A stretch of DNA of 32,000 bases, taken from contig JAPWTZ010000003.1 in the NCBI GenBank assembly GCA_028275775.1, positions 1-32,000 of the forward strand, written 5' to 3'. Within the stretch, counting starts at the first letter, position 1. The number at the start of each line of letters is the position of its first letter. This DNA comes from Candidatus Nanopusillus sp. (GTDB lineage: Archaea; Nanobdellota; Nanobdellia; Nanobdellales; Nanobdellaceae). A program made the translations under genes and the position numbers. Shown piece by piece: positions 1-7,541 of the stretch. The notes beneath the pieces are model-generated. The model saw only the letters and a list, made by a program, of their open reading frames with translations, made no database searches and was not told where the DNA came from.

Positions 1-299
1 TTCTATTTGGTTTTAAAAAATATTTGGATAGTATAAAAGAAGATATGGATAAATTAAAATCTGAAATTGAAAATAATAAAGCAGAAAATAAAAAAATAGA
101 AGATAGATTGAATTTGTTAGAAGATAAATATAATAACATTTCAAATGATATAAAAAATATATATAATTTATTAGATGAAATAAATAAAAAGATAACTGAA
201 ATAAGTAAGAAATTAAATGAGGAATATATAAATGAGAAAATAGATAATTATAGATATAAATTATTATTGGAAAAATTAAAGGAATTGGATGGTATATAA
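1..299 (+). CDS. coiled-coil protein of unknown function, probably 5'-partial at the window edge
   Basis: Track ORF 24..299 starts at a TTG. The same frame is open back to nt 3, and the first ATG is at 45. K/E/N/L heptad-like sequence (KLKSEIENNKAENKKIEDRLNLLEDKYN). No family recognised. Confidence 0.4.
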   Translation, partial: LFGFKKYLDSIKEDMDKLKSEIENNKAENKKIEDRLNLLEDKYNNISNDIKNIYNLLDEINKKITEISKKLNEEYINEKIDNYRYKLLLEKLKELDGI

Positions 300-642
300 A
301 TTAGTAATTGTAGTTAGAAAAGATTTGGATATTGGAAAAGGAAAATTATGTGTTCAAGTAGCCCATGCTGCTGTTGAAGCTGTTTTAAACCAATTGGAAA
401 AGGATAAAGATATTGTAAAAAAATGGAGAGAAGAAGGTGCAAAGAAAATTGTCTTATATGTAAAAAATTTAGATGAATTAATGAATATATATAATCAATC
501 TATATCAGAAAATTTAAATACTGTTTTAATAAAAGATGCTGGATTAACGCAATTAGAACCCGGAACTATTACTTGTATAGGTATAGGTCCAGATATTGAA
601 GAAAAGATTAATAAAGTAACTGGTTCATTAAAATTATTATGA
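289..642 (+). CDS. pth2: peptidyl-tRNA hydrolase, archaeal/eukaryotic Pth2 type
   Basis: 117 aa with the typical Pth2 pattern: VVRKDLDIGKGKLCVQVAHAAV ... KIVLYVKN ... LIKDAGLTQLEPGTITCIGIGP. ATG at 289 overlaps the upstream stop. Confidence 0.85.
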   Translation: MVYKLVIVVRKDLDIGKGKLCVQVAHAAVEAVLNQLEKDKDIVKKWREEGAKKIVLYVKNLDELMNIYNQSISENLNTVLIKDAGLTQLEPGTITCIGIGPDIEEKINKVTGSLKLL

Positions 643-989
643 GTGAAGAATTAAAAGATGTATGGAATGTAGAAATAAAAACATCTTTTGATGTTGATAA
701 TATAATTTATGAAAAAAAGGTTTTAATTATAATTAAAAATCATTCTCCATATATTAGAAAATTTGAAGTAGGAACTAAATATATAAATATAGAAGATCAA
801 TATGAAGCATTAAAATTTAGAATGCACTATAATTTAATTTCTCCTATAGTAATATCTATAGATAAATATAGGAAAGAAACTATCGAAGTTCTTATACCAA
901 AAATAAATCATCATTTAGGAGATAATATTATATTTTATGTAAAGAATCTTGATAAGAATGAAGAAAAAGAAATACAATACAATCTATAA
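639..989 (+). CDS. hypothetical protein
   Basis: 116-aa ORF. ATGA stop/start overlap with pth2 at 639-642. No recognisable motifs. Confidence 0.45.
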   Translation: MSEELKDVWNVEIKTSFDVDNIIYEKKVLIIIKNHSPYIRKFEVGTKYINIEDQYEALKFRMHYNLISPIVISIDKYRKETIEVLIPKINHHLGDNIIFYVKNLDKNEEKEIQYNL

Positions 990-1266
990 AAATATAGCAA
1001 AAAGAAGGATTTTTGAATTATATAAATTAGCTTTAGAAAATATAGATAATATTGAATTAGCTAGAAGATATATATTTATACTATGGAAAATAAAAAATAA
1101 AGCAAGGATAAGATTACCAAAAGAATTGAGGAATAAATTTTGTAAAAAATGTTATACTCCATGGATTGTTGGAAAAACATTACAAATAAGGATAAGAAAA
1201 GGTAGAATTATATATAAATGTTTATATTGTAATAGGGTAAAGAGATTTATAATAAGAAAAGTTTAA
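958..1266 (+). CDS. rnp4: RNase P protein component 4 (Rpr2/Rpp21 family zinc ribbon)
   Basis: ARRYIFILWKIKNKARIRLPKELRNKFCKKCYTPWIVG...YKCLYCNRVKRF matches the Rpr2 layout, with a CxxC...CxxC zinc ribbon. The track start at 949 is TTG; the first ATG is at 958. Confidence 0.75.
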   Translation: MKKKKYNTIYKNIAKRRIFELYKLALENIDNIELARRYIFILWKIKNKARIRLPKELRNKFCKKCYTPWIVGKTLQIRIRKGRIIYKCLYCNRVKRFIIRKV

Positions 1267-1269
1267 AAA
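1262..1269 (+). promoter_or_regulatory. candidate TATA box for the 5S rRNA gene
   Basis: TTTAAAAA is centred about 27 nt upstream of the first paired base of 5S helix I (about 1293). This is the usual archaeal TATA-to-start distance. The AT-rich background makes this weak. Confidence 0.3.
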
Positions 1270-1291
1270 ACATTCATTTTTAAAATAATCT

Positions 1292-1407
1292 TAGGGCGGC
1301 CAAAGTGGCCGGGAAACACCCGTACCCATTTCGAACACGGAAGTTAAGCCGGCCCACGTCCGTGTGAGTACTGGCGATGGCCGGGAAAGCACGGAAGCCG
1401 CCCGCTT
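1292..1407 (+). rRNA. rrf: 5S ribosomal RNA, stand-alone (no 16S/23S in the window)
   Basis: GC-rich island in AT-rich DNA. Terminal helix GGGCGGC (1294-1300) pairs with GCCGCCC (1397-1403). Contains the conserved archaeal 5S core CCCAUUUCGAACACGGAAGUUAAGCC. Followed by a T-rich tract (AATTTTG). Confidence 0.93.
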
Positions 1408-1439
1408 AATTTTGTAAAAATTTAATATAATAAATACCT

Positions 1440-2438
1440 ATGAATGATGGATATATAATGTTTAATAATTATAGAAAAATAACTTTAGATGAAATTTTAA
1501 AATTTATAGATAAAGAAGGGAGGTTAAAATTTGTGATTCCAACTTATATAGCATTACCTAATATAACAACATTGATTATATTGTTATATATTGGAAAAAT
1601 AATAGATATGTATAGTAATAAAATAAAAGAAATAGATGTAGATATTTTACAATGGGGAAGTAATACAAAACCTTTGGAAAATATAGAGAAAAGGATATTT
1701 ATTAAACCAAAAGTATTATATAAATCTGGAGATGTAATCTTAAGAGGGCGTAAAGAATATTATATTGCATTTCAACCAATCCAGGTATTATACAATAAAA
1801 AGGGTATGGAAATAGATGAAGTAAAATTAAGTATTTCTAAAATAGAAGAAATGATAAAAGAAACAAAATTGGAATATTTAAATGAAGCTCTAAATCATTT
1901 AAAGAGAGAACGTAAAATAATTGACGAAACAGTAAATATATTGGATTTTTGGGGAATAGCAATGTTACATTATATATCTGAAATATTAAAAGATATATTT
2001 GGAATTGATAATTATAAAATAATAATAAGAAGTTTTTATGATATGATAGATTTAGATAAGAGGACATATAATATATTTGGATATCAACTATTATCTGAAT
2101 ATAAAAGGGTAAAAATTAGATTTAGAATATATAATGCAAGTGATATTTATCAAAAAGAAAATAGTAAAAATGAAATAAAAAAGTATTATCCTATAGATCC
2201 ATATATAGCTTTATCATTATATTCAGCAAAAGGATATATTTTATTTGAAGAAAAGCAAATAAAAGAAAGATTTTCAAGTTATCCAATAACATTATTTGAA
2301 ATAGATAGTAAAAAATTAATAGGAAAATTAATAGAAGAAAAAGTAATTAATAATGAAGATGATTATGTAAGTTTTATAGGTAATAGAGAGTATATGGATT
2401 ATATAGTAAATAATATAAAAGATATATATGGATTATAA
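1440..2438 (+). CDS. hypothetical protein (one N-proximal hydrophobic segment)
   Basis: 332-aa ATG-initiated ORF kept open in stop-rich AT DNA. No family recognised. Confidence 0.5.
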   Translation: MNDGYIMFNNYRKITLDEILKFIDKEGRLKFVIPTYIALPNITTLIILLYIGKIIDMYSNKIKEIDVDILQWGSNTKPLENIEKRIFIKPKVLYKSGDVILRGRKEYYIAFQPIQVLYNKKGMEIDEVKLSISKIEEMIKETKLEYLNEALNHLKRERKIIDETVNILDFWGIAMLHYISEILKDIFGIDNYKIIIRSFYDMIDLDKRTYNIFGYQLLSEYKRVKIRFRIYNASDIYQKENSKNEIKKYYPIDPYIALSLYSAKGYILFEEKQIKERFSSYPITLFEIDSKKLIGKLIEEKVINNEDDYVSFIGNREYMDYIVNNIKDIYGL

Positions 2439-2491
2439 AAAATTTTAAATTTCCTCTTTAAAATAATAAGGATTATTATACTAAATTTTAT

Positions 2492-2550
2492 AAATTTCAG
2501 TTTGCCCATCAGTCATCACTATTCAGATCGTTGATCCATCATCATTGTTC
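2492..2550 (-). ncRNA. C/D box sRNA (2'-O-methylation guide)
   Basis: The minus strand reads AUGAUGA (C, 2545-2539) - 12 nt UGGAUCAACGAU - CUGA (D', 2526-2523) - AUA - GUGAUGA (C', 2519-2513) - 12 nt CUGAUGGGCAAA - CUGA (D, 2500-2497). All four boxes are canonical, with the archaeal 12/3/12 spacing. It lies in the 154-nt gap before rps17. Confidence 0.78.
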
Positions 2551-2592
2551 TATAAATATTATTTTTAAATCTATTTATAATTTAATCATAAA

Positions 2593-2928
2593 ATGGTACA
2601 GAAGACTCATGTTAAGAATATAGGTATTGAAGGTATAAATCCACCAGAAAAGGTTTGTGATGATAAAAAGTGTCCATGGCATGGAGAAATAAGAATTAGA
2701 GGATTTTTATTTGAAGGAAAAGTTGAGAGAGTTAGAAGAAGAATTGCATTAGTAACCTTTTATAGATATTATTATATTCCAAAATATGAAAGATATATGA
2801 TAAGAAGATCAAAAATTAAGGCTCATATCCCAAAATGTTTAGATATTAAAGAAGGAGATGAAGTTATTATTGGAGAAACAAGGCCTTTATCAAAGACAAT
2901 TCACTTTGTTATAATTAATAAAAAATGA
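2593..2928 (+). CDS. rps17: 30S ribosomal protein S17
   Basis: CDDKKCPWHGEIRIRGFLFEGKV...GDEVIIGETRPLSKTIHFV, typical archaeal S17. Sits in the conserved position upstream of L14. Confidence 0.9.
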   Translation: MVQKTHVKNIGIEGINPPEKVCDDKKCPWHGEIRIRGFLFEGKVERVRRRIALVTFYRYYYIPKYERYMIRRSKIKAHIPKCLDIKEGDEVIIGETRPLSKTIHFVIINKK

Positions 2929-3329
2929 AACCAATTAGTGCAAAAGTAACTAAGGGAATTAGTGTTGGTACAATTTTAAAGGTTGCAGATAATTCAAAGG
3001 CAAAATTGGCAAAAGTAATTGCTGTAGTTGGATATAAAGGTGTAAAGAGAAGATATGCAAGAGCAGGAGTTGCTGATATGGTTTCTGTATCAATAATAGA
3101 TGGAGATCTATCTTTAGTTGGAAAGGTTATGAAAGCAGTTATAATTAGACAAAGAAAAGAATATAGAAGAAAGGATGGTACAAGAATAAAGTTTGAAGAT
3201 AATGCATGTGTAATTATAAAAGATGAAAAAACTGGAACACCAGCAGGCACAATTATTAGAGGACCTGTAGCAAGAGAAGTTGTTGAAAGATGGCCAGAAA
3301 TTGGAAAAATTGCAAGTATGGTTGTATAA
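2925..3329 (+). CDS. rpl14: 50S ribosomal protein L14
   Basis: LKVADNSKAK...VGYKGVKRRYARAGVADMVSVS...IKFEDNACVII...GTIIRGPVAREV. ATGA overlap with rps17. Confidence 0.93.
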   Translation: MKPISAKVTKGISVGTILKVADNSKAKLAKVIAVVGYKGVKRRYARAGVADMVSVSIIDGDLSLVGKVMKAVIIRQRKEYRRKDGTRIKFEDNACVIIKDEKTGTPAGTIIRGPVAREVVERWPEIGKIASMVV

Positions 3330-3330
3330 A

Positions 3331-3855
3331 ATGGTTCTAAAAATAAAAAATATTGATTATAATGATTGGAGTCCATCATGGAAATCTTCTAAAAGTTCTA
3401 GAAAACAAAGGAAATATATAATAAATGCACCTTTACATATTAGGGGCAAAATGATTTCTTCAATGTTATCAAAGGATATAAAAAAATTAATTAATATAAA
3501 TTCTTTACCTTTAAGGGTTGGAGATTATGTTAAAGTTTTAAGGGGTAAATATAGAAATACTGAAGGATTTGTAATATATATAGATAGAAAAAGATACAAA
3601 GTATATATAGATAATGTTAAATTTACAAACAAAGCAAATAGAGAAGTATACAGACCTATTCATAGTTCAAAATTATTAATATTAAGATTAAATTTAAAGG
3701 ATAAGAAGAGAATAGAAATTATAAAAAGGAAAATGAAGGCAAAAAATATTGAAGAAAATAAAATAGAAGAATTAATAAATCAATTGATAAATAATTTCTC
3801 AGTAAAGGAAGATGAATTGGCTAAAGTGATGGAATTGAATAAAAAATTTAAATAA
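3331..3855 (+). CDS. rpl24: 50S ribosomal protein L24 with a C-terminal extension
   Basis: KOW motif GDYVKVLRGKYRNTEGFV and SRKQRKYIINAPLH. The track ORF starts at 3280 inside rpl14. The in-frame ATG at 3331, 2 nt after the rpl14 stop, is the more likely start. Confidence 0.85.
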   Translation: MVLKIKNIDYNDWSPSWKSSKSSRKQRKYIINAPLHIRGKMISSMLSKDIKKLININSLPLRVGDYVKVLRGKYRNTEGFVIYIDRKRYKVYIDNVKFTNKANREVYRPIHSSKLLILRLNLKDKKRIEIIKRKMKAKNIEENKIEELINQLINNFSVKEDELAKVMELNKKFK

Positions 3856-3891
3856 GAAATATTTTAAAAATAATTATTAAAAAATAATAAA

Positions 3892-4623
3892 ATGGCTCAT
3901 GTTTCAAATAAAAGGCATTTAAGAAATATTGCAATACCAAAAACATGGCCAATAAGTAGAAAGAAATATTATTGGATTATTAGACCATCAACAAATGGAT
4001 ATAAGTTTGAATATGGTATGCCAATATTATTATGGTTAAGGGATTATTTAAAAATTGTAAAAAATAAGAGAGAAGCAAAATATTTATTAAGAAATGAAAA
4101 AGTTTTGGTAAATAATAAGAAAATAAAGGATTTGGGATATAATGTTGGAATTTTTGATGTTATATCAATTAAAGATTTAAATAAAAATTATAGAGTTGTT
4201 ATGTCTAATAATTTAAAATTAAAATTAATTGAAATTCCAGAACAGGAGAAGGATCTAAAAATAATAAAGATTGTAAGGAAGAATCTTGTTAAAGGAGGAA
4301 AAATACAGGTTACTGGAATTGATGGAAGGAATTTTATAATTGATGATAAAGATATAAAAACAGGAGATAGTATATTATTTAATACAAAAGAAAATAAAAT
4401 AGAAAAGATAATAAAAATGAATAAAGGAAATTTAATATATATATTTTATGGAGCAAAGGTAAGTACTATTGGAAAATTAGAAAATATAAAAATATTAAGG
4501 AAACCTTTCGGACATACAAGATTTATAGAATATATAAATATAGATAATAATAAGAAAGAAGAAACAATATTTGATTATTCAATTGTAATAGGCGAAGATA
4601 AACCTTTAATTACTGTAAGATGA
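3892..4623 (+). CDS. rps4e: 30S ribosomal protein S4e
   Basis: KRHLRNIAIPKTWPISRKKYYWIIRPS...GMPILLWLRDYLK, a typical S4e N-terminus. In the expected operon position. Confidence 0.92.
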   Translation: MAHVSNKRHLRNIAIPKTWPISRKKYYWIIRPSTNGYKFEYGMPILLWLRDYLKIVKNKREAKYLLRNEKVLVNNKKIKDLGYNVGIFDVISIKDLNKNYRVVMSNNLKLKLIEIPEQEKDLKIIKIVRKNLVKGGKIQVTGIDGRNFIIDDKDIKTGDSILFNTKENKIEKIIKMNKGNLIYIFYGAKVSTIGKLENIKILRKPFGHTRFIEYINIDNNKKEETIFDYSIVIGEDKPLITVR

Positions 4624-5150
4624 ACTCAAATAAAAATAATATAATGAGAAGAATTGTTATTGATAAAGTAACAATAAATATTGGGGTAGGTAAACCTGGT
4701 GAACCTTTAGAAAAGGCAGAAAAATTGTTAAAAAAGATGTTTCCTGATCTCAAACCTGTTAGAACAAAGGCAAAGAAAAGAGTACAGGCTTGGGGGATTA
4801 GACCAGGATTGGAAATCGGGGTTAAATTAACAATAAGGGGTAAGAAAGCAGAAGAAGCATTGAAATGGTTATTAAAAGCAGTAAATAATACATTAAAAGA
4901 ATCACAATTTGATAAATATGGAAACTTTGGATTTGGAATAAAGGAATATGTATGGATACCCGGTATGAAATATGATCCATCAATTGGTATATATGGTATG
5001 GATGTTATAGTAACTGTTAGAAGACCTGGATATAGAGTAATGTATAGAAGAATTAAGAGATCAAGAATACCTGAAAGACATAGAACTACAAAAGAAGAAG
5101 TTATAGAATATTTAAAAAATAATTTTGGTGTAAATATTGTAAAAGAATAA
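4620..5150 (+). CDS. rpl5: 50S ribosomal protein L5
   Basis: IDKVTINIGVGKPGEPLEKA...RTKAKKRVQAWGIRPGLEIGVKLTIRG...GNFGFGIKEY. ATGA overlap with rps4e. Confidence 0.92.
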   Translation: MNSNKNNIMRRIVIDKVTINIGVGKPGEPLEKAEKLLKKMFPDLKPVRTKAKKRVQAWGIRPGLEIGVKLTIRGKKAEEALKWLLKAVNNTLKESQFDKYGNFGFGIKEYVWIPGMKYDPSIGIYGMDVIVTVRRPGYRVMYRRIKRSRIPERHRTTKEEVIEYLKNNFGVNIVKE

Positions 5151-5181
5151 TTTTTAATATTTTTTATAATATAAAGATAAA

Positions 5182-5715
5182 ATGAGAGTTCCAATTATGA
5201 TTGATTATGTAGAAATACCAAATGGTGTAAATGTATCAATAGAAGATGGAAGAATATATATAAGGGGACCTAAAGGAGAAAAATATAGAAATATAAATAA
5301 TAGAAATATTTTTGTTGAAATAAAAGAAAATAAAATAATATTTAAAGCATATTTTCCTTCAAAGAAAATAATTAGAGATATGAATACAATGATTGCACAT
5401 ATAAAAAATGATATTGAAGGTGTAACAAAAGGTTTTGTATATAAATTAAGGGCTGTCTCAATACATTTTCCATTAAAATTAAAATTACAAAATAATAAAT
5501 TAATAATTGAAAATTATATGGGTGGAAGGGATATAAAAGAAATAGAAATTCCTAAAGGAGTAAAGGCTACATTAAATGAAAATGAAATTACATTAGAAGG
5601 ACATGATATAGAATTATTGGGAAATTTAGCAGGATTGATAGAAAATTCAGTAAAGCCAAGGGAAAAGGATTTAAGAAAGTTCCAAGATGGAATTTATATT
5701 GTTCAAAAACCATGA
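5182..5715 (+). CDS. rpl6: 50S ribosomal protein L6
   Basis: VEIPNGVNVSIEDGRIYIRGPKGE...YKLRAVSIHFPLKL...KFQDGIYI. An alternative ATG lies at 5197. Confidence 0.9.
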   Translation: MRVPIMIDYVEIPNGVNVSIEDGRIYIRGPKGEKYRNINNRNIFVEIKENKIIFKAYFPSKKIIRDMNTMIAHIKNDIEGVTKGFVYKLRAVSIHFPLKLKLQNNKLIIENYMGGRDIKEIEIPKGVKATLNENEITLEGHDIELLGNLAGLIENSVKPREKDLRKFQDGIYIVQKP

Positions 5716-6089
5716 TGAATAAATTATTAAAATTAAGAAAAATAATTAAAAGAAAAAAACCAGATTATTTTAGATATCAGTGGTGGAAAGTAATAAAATT
5801 GAGGAATAAAAAAGAATCTTGGAGAAGACCAAGGGGTATACATAATAAGATAAGAAAAAAATTGAAAAGTAGAGTTTCTATGGTTGAAGTCGGATATGGT
5901 TCTCCAAGAGAAGTAAAAGGATTATTGCCAAATGGAAAGAAACCTGTATTAATACATAATGTAGAAGAATTGGAAAAAATAGATAAAGAAAAAGAATGTG
6001 CAATAATTGCTTCTAATGTTGGAAAAAGGAAAAGAGAACAAATAATAAATAGGGCAAAGGAATTAAATATTGAAATTTTTAATATCTAA
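5712..6089 (+). CDS. rpl32e: 50S ribosomal protein L32e
   Basis: KKPDYFRYQWWKVIKL...SWRRPRGIHNKIRKK...GYGSPREVKGLLPNG...IASNVGKRKR. ATGA overlap with rpl6. Confidence 0.9.
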   Translation: MMNKLLKLRKIIKRKKPDYFRYQWWKVIKLRNKKESWRRPRGIHNKIRKKLKSRVSMVEVGYGSPREVKGLLPNGKKPVLIHNVEELEKIDKEKECAIIASNVGKRKREQIINRAKELNIEIFNI

Positions 6090-6628
6090 TATTTATACAA
6101 TTTGAAATAATCTATTACAAAATTTTTTATTTTTTCAGAATCATTATATAAATCTCTTCCAGACATTTCTATTAATTTCTTTTTTCCCCTAACTTTTTCT
6201 AGATTAGATTTCATTAAACCTAATACTTTTGAAAACCCTAAACTCAATAAAATTTTTTCAGTTGTACTAGCTTTACTTATATCAAATTCTTTAAATTCTT
6301 CTACATTATGAGAACTTTCTATACTTACATCTAAATCACCAATGGATGTATTTATATTATAAGCATTAATTATTATTGTTAATTCAACTTTCCAATCAAT
6401 TTTTGGTTCTTCTTTCCAATAATTTTTATAAGCTTCCCATTTGGCTTCTACAAATAACAAACCTTCCGGAGTTAATCGATGAAAATAATATTTTTCATAT
6501 CTATCTTTCTTAAATATTCCTTCCCATTTTTCACCTTCAAGGAATTTTTTAAATTTTTCATAAAAATCCTGTGGAATAAATTTTATTTTTGATCTTACTC
6601 TTGTTTTATATATTGTTTCCCAGGTCAT
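6086..6628 (-). CDS. hypothetical protein, distant tandem paralog of 6625..7110
   Basis: 180-aa ORF. Its stop overlaps the rpl32e stop (CTAA at 6086-6089). No known family recognised. Confidence 0.5.
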   Translation of the reverse strand: MTWETIYKTRVRSKIKFIPQDFYEKFKKFLEGEKWEGIFKKDRYEKYYFHRLTPEGLLFVEAKWEAYKNYWKEEPKIDWKVELTIIINAYNINTSIGDLDVSIESSHNVEEFKEFDISKASTTEKILLSLGFSKVLGLMKSNLEKVRGKKKLIEMSGRDLYNDSEKIKNFVIDYFKLYKY

Positions 6629-7110
6629 AGTTTAAATGATGCTGTAAAGTCTTTTGCTAAATTTAGAAAATCATCTGCAATTTTTCCAACATTTTTCTTA
6701 TGATCCTTTAATTCGCTATCATATAAATACTTTTCAAATAATCCCCTAAGAAATATATTAAATGGTTTATCTCCAAAATATTTTTGATAATCTGTTATTA
6801 AATCTCCATTTATTTTTATATTTAGATTTTCTGCATATTGTTTCATATTATCCAATAATTTTAAACTATCTATTGTAATACTTATATCATAACTATATGT
6901 TACATAATCTGTTATTTTCTTCTCTGTATGCCATTCTAAATTTATAGATCTAGATCCATCATCTTTTACTTTTTCTTCATGTTTATTTTCAAAAAAGTCA
7001 AATCCCTTACTATCCCAAAATTCTTTCATTGATTTATAGAATTTTTGGAAGTCAATTAGTCCAGTATATGAGAATGTTTTACCATCAACAATCCTCTCCT
7101 TTGGTGGCAT
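6625..7110 (-). CDS. hypothetical protein, distant tandem paralog of 6086..6628
   Basis: 161-aa ORF. ATGA overlap with the downstream gene at 6625-6628. The order of weak motifs is shared with its neighbour. Confidence 0.5.
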   Translation of the reverse strand: MPPKERIVDGKTFSYTGLIDFQKFYKSMKEFWDSKGFDFFENKHEEKVKDDGSRSINLEWHTEKKITDYVTYSYDISITIDSLKLLDNMKQYAENLNIKINGDLITDYQKYFGDKPFNIFLRGLFEKYLYDSELKDHKKNVGKIADDFLNLAKDFTASFKL

Positions 7111-7154
7111 AATAAATAAAAAAACTTTAATAATTAAAAGTTAAACTTTCTATA

Positions 7155-7541
7155 ATGTATAGGATAATATCTTTTTTATATAGGTTAAGGGAGAAAAAGG
7201 ATTCTATTATAATTGTAGAAGGTAAGAGGGATAAGGAAGTATTAAAAGAATTTGGATTTAATAATGTATATACAATATATGAATTAAGAAAAGATGATGG
7301 AATATTTTTAAATTATAGAGAGGCAATTATATTAACAGATAATGATAATAAGGGAAGAATTTTATATAAATATGTAAGGAATTTATTAGAATCTGATGGA
7401 ATAATTGTAAATGATATTGAAAGGAGAAAATTCTTTAAATATTTTAGAGTAAGGGAAGTTGAAGATTTAAGAAAGCATATTGAGGAAATTAAGTTCTATA
7501 TTAATTATTTTGAGAATCCTGAGAAGATTTTATACTTTTAA
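7155..7541 (+). CDS. small Toprim-domain protein (RNase M5 / small primase-like family)
   Basis: Toprim signatures: IIIVEGKRDKEVL (conserved Glu) and AIILTDNDNKGR (DxD). 128 aa. Confidence 0.7.
   Translation: MYRIISFLYRLREKKDSIIIVEGKRDKEVLKEFGFNNVYTIYELRKDDGIFLNYREAIILTDNDNKGRILYKYVRNLLESDGIIVNDIERRKFFKYFRVREVEDLRKHIEEIKFYINYFENPEKILYF

Noticed and set aside
2915-5194. Long minus-strand ORFs 2915..3379 (154 aa) and 4610..5194 (194 aa).
   Set aside because: They lie exactly antisense to rpl14 and rpl5, which have unmistakable ribosomal-protein sequences. The antisense translations are low-complexity hydrophobic strings. They are shadow ORFs.
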